Below are positions 39,901 to 52,009 of a stretch of DNA of 64,000 bases, piece after piece. Where the stretch lies: the NCBI GenBank assembly GCA_000165425.1, contig CT867997.1, positions 186,001 through 250,000 of the forward strand, written 5' to 3'. The notes beneath the pieces were generated by a model. That model ran no database searches. It saw only the letters and a list, made by a program, of their open reading frames with translations, and was not told where the DNA came from. Position 1 is the first letter of the stretch. The number at the start of each line of letters is the position of its first letter. This DNA comes from Paramecium tetraurelia (lineage: Eukaryota). The position numbers and the translations under genes were made by a program.

Positions 39901-42609
39901 ATAGAATCAACCCTCCAAGTTGCGATTGCAAAATTGGATATTTTGAAAATGATTAATAAACCTGTTAAGAATGCAATAAGAGATGTAAGTCATGCCAAAA
40001 TACTTCTGAAACTTGTATTGAATGTAAGATGATCACTGCTACTCCTCCAGAATGCACGTGTCCGGATGGCTATTATTATGGATTAGAACAAGGATGTGTC
40101 TAATGTCATTCTAGATGTAAAACTTGCATAGGCTCTAATGAATATAATTGTCTTTCTTGTGATGAATCTAAAAACTTTGAACTAGTCTATAATAAATGTG
40201 TTTGCCAAAACAACTATTATTTTTAAAATGACTCCTGCCTCTATTGTTCTATTGAAGTTGAACTATGTTAAACTTTATAATGTGGAAATGGGATAATTTA
40301 GAAGAATGAATAATGTGATGATTGGAATAATGATGATAGAGATGGGTGTTCTAAAAATTGTAAATTTGAAGAAGGATATTACTGTGAATCCATATCTAAT
40401 ATGAAGCTTCATGTTTCTATTAAGATGACAACGTGTACTAAATGTGTTGATAATTGTAAAGTCTGTAATAAAAACAAATGTTAGACTTGTCATAGTGGTT
40501 ACTTTATCACTCCTAATTTTGACTGTTAAAAATGCAAGTAAATCTTATTTCTAATGATTACATAGTTTTCATTGCAAAGAGTGTTCTGGGCCACAATAAA
40601 AAGATTGTTTATCGTGCATCAAAGGAATTGATTATGATTTGGGATAGAAGTGCGCTTTTTGTGAAGAAACCTAAGGATTATACACCAATAAGGATAAATG
40701 TGTTTCAAAGTGTGGGGATGGGATTAAAAAAAATGATGAATAATGTGATGATGGAAATATCATCAATAAGGATGGATGCTCGGAAAAATGTAAAATTGAA
40801 GAAGACTGGGATTGCTCAAAACAACTCAATACTATAAGTTCTTGTTATAAATTAAATGTTCCAATAGCTACCATCTCTTTTGATAGAGTTAAAGATTTCT
40901 ATTAATCTCAAAGGGAAGGATCTATCACATTTAATAAGGTAATGACAATACCGAATTCATCAATAATAAACACATGGAAATATACTATACTCAATTAAAC
41001 AACATCAACTTACTCTGTTAATTTGACTGCTCTTTTAGATTTAGATGGATATTTGGAATCTGTTCTAATTGATTTGAAACTCCTTTAATCCATCTCTCAA
41101 ATTGTATTTCAAGTCGACTTTACAACTTTTCTCATTAAGGATGCCATAGATCAATACCCTTTGAAAACTGCCAATATATCAATTGAATTGACTAAATACA
41201 TTTAGCTTGGATAAGATACTCTGAGCACATCTAAGGCATCTAAATAATTTGCCTCTTCTGTGTTATTCATTTTGGGGGGTGTTGCGCTTTTAGGATTATT
41301 AATGGGGAGCTTAGAATTTTATTGGAATGTCCTTGATAATTTATAGATTCTCTCTTATATTACATTTATCAATGTTAATTTTCCTTATTTACACAATAAA
41401 TTCTTGGAGATATTTTAATTTGCAAGATTGGAATTTACAAATGACTATTTTAAATTTGATGTTGTTTAAGACCTAGATTATAATTAGAATAAAGACTATC
41501 CCTTGATTGTTGAAAAGCACGTAGAGTATAATTTAGTCATCAATTTGAGTTCAATTGTAGTCTTATGGGTCACTCCTATAATCTTATTAGTGTTGGCTAA
41601 GATCAATTTATTTATTATCAATGAAGTCTTGATTAACAAACTCAAGATTTTATCAAATTATCGTTTGGAAAAGCTTAATAGTCTTACCTATTTAAGCTAT
41701 AAATTGGTGTACTTTATTCATTATATCAGCTTGAAATATTATTCCAACTTCTTCTATAACATTATTCTCAGAATTTACTTATCTAGTCTTTATGATCTAA
41801 ACTTTTCAATTTTCACCTCAGCCTATTGTTGGCTTTGGAATTAGAATCCTAATTTAGTAGATTAAATATCGTTCATAGCAGCAATGTTCCTGCTCTTCAT
41901 TTAAATTGCAATTTTATTTTTATTATCCTCATCATTAAAAGCATCTACTTATCAACTAAAATCTAAAAGATTTTTATCTTAATTCAGTTCCTTATATGAG
42001 GGAGTTAATTTTAAAAATTAAATAATTAGATAAATTTAATTTCTGCAGCCATTAAGAAAAATTTTGTTTATGGGAGCCTTAATTTTATTTTATGATTCAG
42101 CAATATATTAAATATCCCTTCTAATTTCAATTTAGATTATATCTTCATTGATTTAAATATCCTAAAATCCTTATTTAAATTATTTGCAATCAATCAAAGG
42201 AATAACTTAAGAAGTGGGATTAAGTTTATCATTATCGTTAATCTTAATTTATTATGGTCAAGATAAATTGAACTTACTTGACTAAAGTGTGATTGAAAAG
42301 TTATCATATGTTCACGTAGGAATATATACAGTAATGCTGTGCATCAGTCTCATCATTGACTTATACCAATAATTAAAGATTATCTTCATTAAATATAAAC
42401 TGTTTAAGTTTTGCTAAAAGAAGGATGTTAAGTAAGAAAACTAAGGCAATCCTTTCTAATAAAGTATTTTTATAGATTTAACATAATTTCAAAATCAACA
42501 ACAATAATAAAAGTAATATCACAGCTAATAGTAATAACAATAAAATTAATATCACAGCTAATAACAATAATAAAATTAATATCACTTTATTAATTTTAGA
42601 ATTAATTGA
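36987..42609 (+). CDS. Large Cys-rich (furin/EGF-like repeat) surface protein with C-terminal multi-pass TM region
   Basis: Signal-peptide-like MNQLTTIYISVTILISKA; many CHxSCxxC...CxCxxGYY modules; two CG(N/D)GI..EQCD..N...DGCS repeats; several hydrophobic helices about 41250-42370; ten tiny introns. Confidence 0.88.
42514..42585 (+). repeat. Coding tandem repeat (taatatcacagctaata..., about 30-33 nt, about 2.5 copies) encoding QYHSQQQQQN
   Basis: taatatcac occurs three times at near-constant spacing. Confidence 0.7.
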
Positions 42610-42923
42610 TTTTTTTCTGTATAATAATAAGTTTATGAATGCTATATAATTATTATTCCATTAAAATATCCTAAAGATAACCCATTTTTTGGATTATCAA
42701 AATATTGTAATTTGGGTTATGGTGAGATCAAAACTCTATTAGTCTATGGAATTTTTATGATTTCAAAAAATTTTATTTTTTATAAAAAAATCATTTAGAA
42801 GTCAACCTTCAATTTATATTTAATGGTAATAGTATATATATTATGAATTTCCTAAATTATTATTATAGTAAATAATTTTATTAAGTGAAATTACCTATGT
42901 ACGGGTACTAAAATCCTTTTTAG

Positions 42924-44171
42924 ATGACATAGAATGGTTTTGCAGCAAACAATTCTGAACACCTTCTACCGTATTTCGTTATATATTTTATTAGACTACA
43001 CCAACCTATTTATCGCCAAAATTAAAATTTTTGCAGAGGATAGACATAAGAGAAAAAAGCCCCCGAATAACCTATTAAGTAAATGAGTCAACCTCAATCT
43101 AATTTAACTGAAACAAAACCAAACCCTTTAATAAGAATACATGAAAAATCATAAGTCACCTAGCCTAATAGTTTTGGGAAGAAAAAAAATAGTAATTAGT
43201 TATAAAAAGTTGTTACAAGATTGGAAAAAAATAATAATAATGATGATATTGCTCCTAATGGTATAAACAATAAGATTTATAATAATCAAAATATTAACTA
43301 GAAAATATAATCTAATAGATATTATATTGATGATCTGATCACAGCATTTTAGGATGAAACAGTGAGTTTTTCTAAATTATTTCGAGACAATTTCGTACAT
43401 GCCTTTAATTTTATACCTACATTAAAATCAGTGCAATTTGTTTAAGCTGAAGACAAGGAAAAATAAGAAAAAAAAGTAAAAATGGATCCCTACCCAGAAC
43501 ATCTGAAATGTACAATATACTAATTGATTTATATAGTCAAGAAGACAGTAATTTTTGATTTGGATGAAACTTTGGTTCATTGCAATGAAGATGAGAGTAT
43601 GCCATCTTAAATTGTATTGCCTATCACATTCCCTACTGGAGAGAAAGTGAATGCAGGGATCAATATTAGGCCATTTGCAGAGAAAATGATACAATTATTA
43701 AGTAATGTTTGCGAAGTGATGATCTTTACAGCTTCTCATGAATGTTATGCTAATGAAGTATCATTTTCTATTAAAATAAGGTTATTAATCATTTGGATCC
43801 CTAGACGAGAGTAAAAAGGAGAATTTTCAGAGATAGTTGTGTTACGGATGAGAATTCCATCTACTATATTAAAAACTTAGAGGTAATCGATCGAGATCTG
43901 AAGGATGTTGTGATAGTGGATAACGCATCATATAGTTTTTTGTATTCTATTTTGTAATTTTAGTCATCATCTTGAGAATGGGATCCCCATAGTATCTTTT
44001 TATGATGATAAGCAAGACAATCAATTAATCAAATTATATAGATTTCTAATAAATAAGGTTTTGCCTTTAGAAGATGTTCGACCTTTGCTTAAAGAGTATT
44101 TCAAGTTAGATTAAATTGATCAATTCTAAACAATAGTTGAAGCAGTGGAAAAGATGTATTGTATTGAGTGA
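42924..44171 (+). CDS. CTD small phosphatase-like (NIF/FCP1, HAD) protein
   Basis: KTVIFDLDETLVHC, NIRPFA, EVMIFTAS..YA, FRDSC, YIKNL, IVDN, ENGIPI; start provisional. Confidence 0.92.
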
Positions 44172-44283
44172 AGTTTATTTGGATACTATTTGTTTATTTT
44201 TATGTTAGTGTCATTTATAATTAATAATTTATATTACAGAATTAACCTACTTTTTTTATCATATTATTATCTTTAAATTACAG

Positions 44284-45093
44284 ATGCAAGTTGATAGTGA
44301 AAATTTCATCGACAGTTCAAATAATCCTAATTTAATAGGAAATAGATATGTAAATCATTTATTGACCTAAGTCTATGAGGAGTAGAAGAAGGAAGATTTA
44401 TGATGATGGAGATTTCAAGGAGGTAGTCAAGAATTTTTACGCCTTGATCTCCGAGATAAACAAAAGTACCTTATTTATACAATTTATTATCTAAGTTGCG
44501 AATAAGAAAATCCAAAAGACAGCTCCTCTAAAAAATAAATAATAAACTAATGTTTAAAACAAAAAGCCACTGCAGAAAAAACCTCAATCGCAAGATTTAA
44601 AGAAAACAGATCTCTACAATTTTAAAAAAGAGCCGATATATTCTTAAGTTGCTTTTTAAGCTCAGCCCTATTTTAATCCTCAGTAATATTAATAGTTTTC
44701 CCATAATTACATGAACCAATTTTATAATACTACCCCAGCATAATTAGTATGATCTATACATAAACATAGCAAATAATTTCTAGAAATCAACTTAACAATC
44801 CACAATTAAAAAGAAACTCATTTCACATTGCAATATCATATTTCATATACATCCAATCCAGTGGCTAAGAACAGTATGAAAGTAGAGATCCCACTATGAA
44901 TGCCAAAAGAAAAATGAAAGAAACTAATTCAGACGTTATAAAGGTATGACATTCAAAGATATTTTGTTATTTTTAGCAATTAGATAACTTTGTTATGAAT
45001 GAAAGACAACCTCCATTGTAATAGAGAACCCACTAACAACATAATTAAGAGGAACAGAAGGAAGATAACGCAGAATAGAACAATTTGAATTGA
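44284..45093 (+). CDS. Hypothetical Q-rich protein
   Basis: MQVDSENFIDSS...; three tiny introns; isolated hydrophobic motif RNSFHIAISYFIY; TGA 45091-45093. Confidence 0.65.
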
Positions 45094-45166
45094 AATTTAT
45101 ATTTTATAATCATTTGAAATATATTTACTATTAAGAAATAATAAAAAGCTTCAATAAAATATTCCT

Positions 45167-46863
45167 TCATATTTCCAGAACTTTCATCTAATTAATGTGC
45201 CAATCTTTCTTCTAAACCACCATCCCAGTAATAACCACAATGTAATCTTTAGGTTATAGTAATTTTTTATCAATCAATCTTGATATACACTCTTAAATAA
45301 TTCTTTAATAATTTTAAAATTAATTTACTCCTCTTAATTTGCAAATCCATTCACTAGTTCCGATTACACATTATTAATGTAATTTAAACATCTGCAAATC
45401 TATTAGTTATCACTAATTGAAATTATTTTACAAGAAGCTCTCAATTTTGATAACTTCAGAGTAGTTTAAATTCTACGAGTTAACATCAATATCGCCTTAG
45501 CATTTAAGCTAAATGAATAAAATGATAATACATATATGCCATTTCAACACAAGACTTAGCAATAACTGTTGCAATTGGTTGCCCTGTAAAATTTACCTAA
45601 TATTGATCTCTTTATTAAGGCTAATCAAACAGTTCTTAAAGTAGTTTTTTTTCAATTTTTCGACAAATATTATTCAAAGTTTGCACAATTAGAACTGGAA
45701 ATTTCCCAAAACTTGCTTCCCCTGATAATAAGATTCCATCTATGTATTATTTTACAATATTCGAAATATCTCCCATATCTGCAAAAGAGGGCTTTAGTTG
45801 AACACTCATAGATTCCAATATATATGTCGATACAAAGACCTTTCTTTAATGAGTATAAATACTGGCTTAAATAGTTTGCGGCAACTTGAAATTATTTAAG
45901 TTTAATATTTGACTACATCCTCCACTGGCTAAGTCATTGAAATATGAGATCTCGCAATAATGCATCCATCTGCCAAGGTAATTATTTCTTCTAATTACTC
46001 TTCCTTCAACTTTTCAGCAATCCTCGCGAATACTTAGACATGAGGATATTTTTATTCCAATCTTTCTTTGACCTTTTCATTAATTTATAAACTACTTTTA
46101 TAATATCTAATGCAGTATTCACTTTTGAAAATGTTATACTATCGAAATTGCATTCACAAGCATAATCTATATCTAAAATATCTTGTTCTGTCATTGGTAC
46201 TTATTCCTATTATTCTTCTTCCTTTTATGCCTTATTTTCTATAAATATTGATATTGGCTTGAAAGATTTTAAAGTTCCAGTCTTACAGCATCTGCAAACA
46301 TATATTTTAACTCCACTTAATAAGCACATCTTATCTATTCCTATTTTCTCATATACTCTAAATATATTAACAACTATTACTAATCGAACATTTAGATATC
46401 TAATAATTCTAATATTATATGACCATAGTCAATTGCTAACTTATCATTTATATTTAATTTCTCAAGAAATTCATTTGAATCTATTGGAATTAATTAATTA
46501 TTTCCTACTTTATGTTAATCTGAAGTCAAATATACTATATTTCCTTCCTCAAAATTGATTAATTAATTACTTCTATTAAAGTCTCAGGATCTTACAATTG
46601 TCCTACTCTTATTACTTGTCCTCTTAATATTAAATTTATAGGTATTTTAGTTTTGAATTCAGCCTCTAATTGACATCTATTCTTATCCAATATTTATAAA
46701 CTCCCTTTATTTTTAATATAGGCCATATTAATGCTAAAAATGGTTAAACAACATTCTACGTGAAAGCATTGCATCCAGCTTCAACCATACTCCGCAATAA
46801 TTCATAATTAGAACAATTTTCACTTACAGAACAAATAATTCTAGTTCTTTTTGGTTCCAACAT
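45167..46863 (-). CDS. Pyruvate kinase-like protein, catalytic residues substituted
   Basis: KRTRIICSV, AGCNAFTINMAY, DGCIIARSH, STYILESM...DGILLSGEASFGKFP, C-terminal IVVITG...NQMKV; full-length intact frame. Confidence 0.88.
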
Positions 46864-47063
46864 GAAATTTTTATTATAATTTATAATAAATATCTTTAGT
46901 TTGTAATTTTATGCGCATTAAAATATTCAATGACACTTTAAGCTTTTGGATTAAGTATAAAATTAGAAATACAGAAATTTATTTATATTTAGCTATAAGA
47001 TGAATTGCATTTAGAGATTATCTCATAAATTTAACTTAAAATAATAATTATAAAATTGATTTT

Positions 47064-48858
47064 TCAATCAATAATACTTCGATAACTTAGTTCTGTTTTA
47101 ATTTTGTGATTCATTTAGTCTTGAGCTATTTGATTAAAATAAGATTAATACAATTCTTTTTTGTGAGAGTATTGATTAACATAGGAGAGTTTTTGGGACA
47201 ATATGGGAAATTTTTCTTGTTATTCTAAAACTTGGGAGGAATTTGTATGTTAAACAATCATGTAATTATTCTAGGGCTAAGAATCCCAATCTATCTTTTG
47301 TTTTTTTGGTGGAGACTACTACGCAAACATCTATTCGATTTCTTAATCGGCCAAGAAGTCTTCCTGATCAAATGATACTTATTGTGCCTTTAAAATAGTA
47401 GGTTATGATGCATACATTTTATTTTTGATTAAATTATTACTAATTTTAAACAATATTTTACTTTTATTATTAGCTACCACTTCTTTGGTTATTTGCTAAT
47501 AATTTCTGGCTAAAAGGAATAGATTATGAAACAGGATTTACCTTATTTTATGCAGTTTAAGAAAAACCTAGAGGTGTTTATTATTGAATAGACTAAATTA
47601 TTTATTGTTGCATTTCTTATTATTGCTAATATTACTTCGACAATATTTTAGGGTCATTTTATTGATATTAATGATTAATTTCTGGTAATTTTGGCAATTA
47701 AACATTGTGATTGTATCTTGGAGGTTTTTTTATTTCCACATATTTAAACCAATAAGATTTGTCATATTTTTTAGTAGGGTGATTGATGACAATTTTATTT
47801 TTAGGCTAATCAGGTTCAGGATCTTTTGGGAAATAATCTTTATACAAAGGATTGTTTTTTTAAATTTTCCTTTCAGCAGAGATCAGCCAAAAATTATTGC
47901 CAAGTTCTGATAAATCTGCGGTTGTTTGTTTTTCATTAAGAACCTCGAAAATGGTAACATCTTTCTTCTCATTAACATGGGATTTCAAATTATCATTTTT
48001 CTATACCGAGATAACTGATAAATCTTGAAGATGTAAAGTTTGATTTCCATTCCTGTATTGTTCAATATCATTTTCCTTCTCTTTAAGTAGCTTCTCTAAT
48101 TCTTCAACTTTTTTCATTAGTTTATCTAGTTTTTCCTCATGTTTTTTTTCCATAGTATCTATATGTTCTTGTTTATCCATTTAAGCCTATTTCAAAACTG
48201 CAATCTCGTCCTACATTGTTGATATTAGTTCATCTTTCATTTATAATGCAGACTGTAAAAAAGTTATTTTTTCTGACAATGTTGATTTATTTGATTTTTA
48301 TGATTATTATTATGAATGAAAGGATTTTTGAAATTCCTCAGGCTCATTCTAATCATTCTAATCAGTCTAATCATTCTAATCATTCTAATCATTCTAATCA
48401 TTCTACTCTTCTAGATCCTTTTCTGATTAATTTTAATCGGCCTCTTCAAGATTGTCTTATTAATTTATTTATTATTCCGTAATTTGTTCTTGGTTAATCT
48501 CTTCCTCTGTTTTTTCTATTCCTTCTTCTTACTTTAAATCTGTACCATCCTATGATTACCTATCCTTTTCTCGAGATTAAATTTGATCTCTTTATACAAC
48601 TGGAGATGCCTCATGCTAAGAAGTTCTTGTTGGTGTTGCCACATTCGATTCTTCTTTTGGTATCTAAGCTTAATCCTAATTTTCTTCCTCATTTAAGTTC
48701 TTCAATTCTACAATAGGTGCTTCTATTCTGGAATTGTCTTGTATGGTCCCATCATTGAGAGATTGGTTTTACTATATGCCTGTTTTATCATCATTCTCAT
48801 TATCATTCTGGATGTTTAAATCTTCTTTCTATTATTCTGTTTCATCCTATTAGCTCAT
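47064..48858 (-). CDS. Hypothetical acidic/Q-rich protein with central coiled coil
   Basis: MSQQDETEQQKEDLN...; long ORF in ciliate code; ends SYRSIID TGA. Confidence 0.7.
48344..48405 (-). repeat. 9-nt tandem repeat (TAGAATGAT) x about 7 encoding QND
   Basis: tcattctaa units read directly on the + strand. Confidence 0.9.
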
Positions 48859-48940
48859 ATCTATATAATTGAGTAAATAAATAAATTATATATAATAATT
48901 TTGGGTGAAGGAATATAAACAAATAGTAAATATAAGTCAA

Positions 48941-49477
48941 TCAGTTTTTTATGTTTCTAAAACTACTATAAACTACTTTCTGCTTTTTATTGAAGGTTAC
49001 CTTTTTCAAAGATCTTTGTGAACCAGTCGTTTAAGATTCTAATAGTTGAGTATTAGGGCTCTAAGGGTTCGATCCATCATGTATTTTGTTTTTCAGTATT
49101 GACTTACGCTTAGAAATGTTAGAGTTTGAACCTTTGGTTTCGTTTTTGAGACTGTTTCTTTCAACATTTGAGATTTTTTACTGCTCTTATTAATCACTTT
49201 CTTAAAGAAAGGCAATTTCTTCAGTTTATTAAATTTTGACATCCTTGATGGTCATTTCTAATTCAGCAATAGTAAATTCTTCTTCTTAAGATTACATTTT
49301 TGGTAGTGAAATACATTTTTCCTTTTCTATCATAACTACGTCTGATTAAAATTACAAATTCTCAATTGGAGAAGGCTTTTAAACTTTAGGCGGACCTTTT
49401 ATATAGATTCTTGCTTATTCAGATTTGTTAATTTCTTATTCTGAAATAGTAATTTACTTTTAACAGATTCCTCCCAT
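48941..49477 (-). CDS. Small putatively myristoylated protein with PP1-docking SILK and RVxF motifs
   Basis: Single exon: MGGICQK...KRKSILK...SLKKVTFNKKQKVVY...TGA. Confidence 0.7.
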
Positions 49478-50760
49478 TTTGATCTCGATGAAATTTTTAA
49501 TTTGATTCAATAATATTAAGAGAAAGCAATTATGACTTATTAATTAAGAATAAGAAAAGATATTTCACTTATAACATAATACAAAATTATTAGCAGAAAT
49601 TTATGAAGAAAATATTTAAATAATAATCTGAATTACACAAAAAACATCAAAAAATGAAAATAACGATATTTATGAATTTGAATTGGTATTTTATATGATA
49701 ATTTTAGATAAAAGATTATTAAACCAATTTTTAAATCTTCATCAAATGGATTAATTCTTATTAGCAATCTTAAGCGTTAATCATTAAAATCAAAGGAAAG
49801 AAAGTTAACTATAATTGAAACATATTCTCAGAGATTAATTAGATATTTTTGAGTATTTTTATTGAGAATTATTATTGAAATAATCGAAACAGTTAATTCT
49901 CAATCCCAATTCTGAATTTGAAATATTTCCCTTTAAACAACAACATTTTTGGTAAAAGATGTTTATTGGATATTCATTTTCATAGTTTATTTCAACTATA
50001 TATTTTGACTTGAGGATGAATCATAATATTTTCATCATTTTTGCTCCATAAACAAATGATCTTTATTTTTCTGTAATTCAATTATATTAGTCTTATTAAA
50101 GGATAATTAAAAACTTAGAAATTTTCTTCATCCTCTACTTCAAGAATAAATACTCTGAAATTCTTTTTTTTCCTTTGGTAGATTCTTATGAAAAACTTTT
50201 ACATTTTTCATCAAGATTTTAATATTGATTACATTAATATGATTAATATGACAAATTGCTTAATATTTTAGGTATTATGCTAATGGATACACATATTAGA
50301 GATATCTCATTATGCATTGAAACATAAGTTAAAATTAAACAGTTTCTTTATAATTTAATAATGATTCAATAAGAATATTAAGGCGGTAAGACTTAATTTA
50401 AGGATGATCATAAGAATTAAAAATAAAAATTAATTCTAATTATCTTATTATTATCCAGTATAAGTAAATTAATAAATTAGTAAAAAATAATAATAGATCC
50501 ATTAGATAATTTAATGAATAAAAAGATTGCTCTAATGAAAGCAAGAATCTAAATATATTAAGACTATTGAATTATAAGACTGTAGAACAAAATACTTATC
50601 AGATATAATTCTCAAATGAAGCTCATTTATTAATATTTTTATTAGAATTATTAAAATTAAAAAGTACAATTAACTTCTATATATTTGAATAATTGATTAG
50701 GCTTTATTAAATATACACAAATTTATGCTTACTTATGAAATCATTAAATTATATAAAGTT

Positions 50761-51651
50761 TCATTCTATTTTAAATTTGTAATTTAAGCCTTGTTTGAGA
50801 ATGTTTGATATAAATTCGTCTGAGTATCCAAATGTAGTCTTAATCAATTCTATTTCTTTAGTTACTGTTGTATTAAAACATAATGTATCATCTGTACAAA
50901 TAGCAATAGGAATGCCTTAACTAATGAATTCTTTTACAGGGTGACAATCAGGCTACATATTTGTTGTAAATAGATTGGATGAAAAGCATACTTCTATTGG
51001 AATATTTAGACTTTTTATTTTTTGAAGTTGCTCCTCTGTAAAATAGATTAAATGTCCTATTCTATCTGGTTAAAATTCAATCACATGATTATTTTCCTCT
51101 ATTTATTATTTAAGTTCCCCAGTATGTACAGTAATTTTATATCCTAAGTCTCTAAACTTTTGCAAAATTGGTTTATATTCTAAAAAATGACCAATCCCTG
51201 GATGTCCACATAGATCTACACCAACTAAATGCTATATTTTATTTTTTTTCACTAAATTGAGTGTTTTTTAAGCTTCATCAACACCTTTTGCTCTATCAAT
51301 AGCAACTATTAATTTGATTTCAAGTTTTGCTTTGTTTATTGCCTCTGATATTGCATTTAAGTATTGTAATTAATCGAAATCCTAACCTTTTTTAGGTGTT
51401 GCTCTAATTTCTAAATAGGTTACTCCATCTGAATAAAAATCTTAAAATATCTCATCCGCCATTCTTCGAACATCCTCTAACTTTAAATTTAAAGAATTTA
51501 TTTTAGCAAATAATATAAAACATTATTCTAAAGTCGTACATTTCTAGAATTGTATCTCTTGATTTTATCCAAATTATTTAATTGTGAGCTCCTAAAGAGT
51601 CGTAAAACGAATACAACCACTAAAATGGGCGTGTAATTCAATTTTATCCAT
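50761..51651 (-). CDS. ADAL: Adenosine deaminase-like protein (ADAL/MAPDA type)
   Basis: Intronless 296 aa; ELHAHFSG, GVTYLEIRATPK, GVDLCGHP, VHTGE, RIGH, EVCFSSN, HP, CTDD. Confidence 0.85.
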
Positions 51652-52009
51652 ATATATAAATAATTTATTTTATATTAGATAATGCGATTGAATTATGAAA
51701 TACTATAAAATAAATATTGAATGCTTAGAAAGATAAATATAAACAAAAGATTATTTAAGAATGATGAATAATAATTTTTTTGTATCTAGCTAAATAATCT
51801 TTAATAACAAATAATAAAATACGGTTTTTAAATAGTTAAATGAAGAATTTATAATTTCTTAATTACTAATGTTGTTAATTAATTAATTCAAGTTTATTAA
51901 TTTGTTCTTCAATAAAAATTAATGACTTTGAGAATAGAATCTCATTTAAACTTTATTACTTAATTGTTTATTCTAATCGTAAATTTTTAAAACTTATCAT
52001 TCCAGCATT

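Noticed and set aside
38003..40837. Separate + strand ORFs listed in the track
   Set aside because: Wrong-frame readings within the single Cys-rich gene.
48344..48405. CRISPR-like or telomere-like repeat
   Set aside because: Contiguous 9-mers without spacers inside a CDS; not C4A2/C3A3 telomeric sequence.
50761..51651. Functional link between the deaminase and A34-to-I editing of tRNA-Thr(AGT)
   Set aside because: Wobble editing is done by ADAT2/3, a different fold; this protein has amidohydrolase-type ADA motifs.
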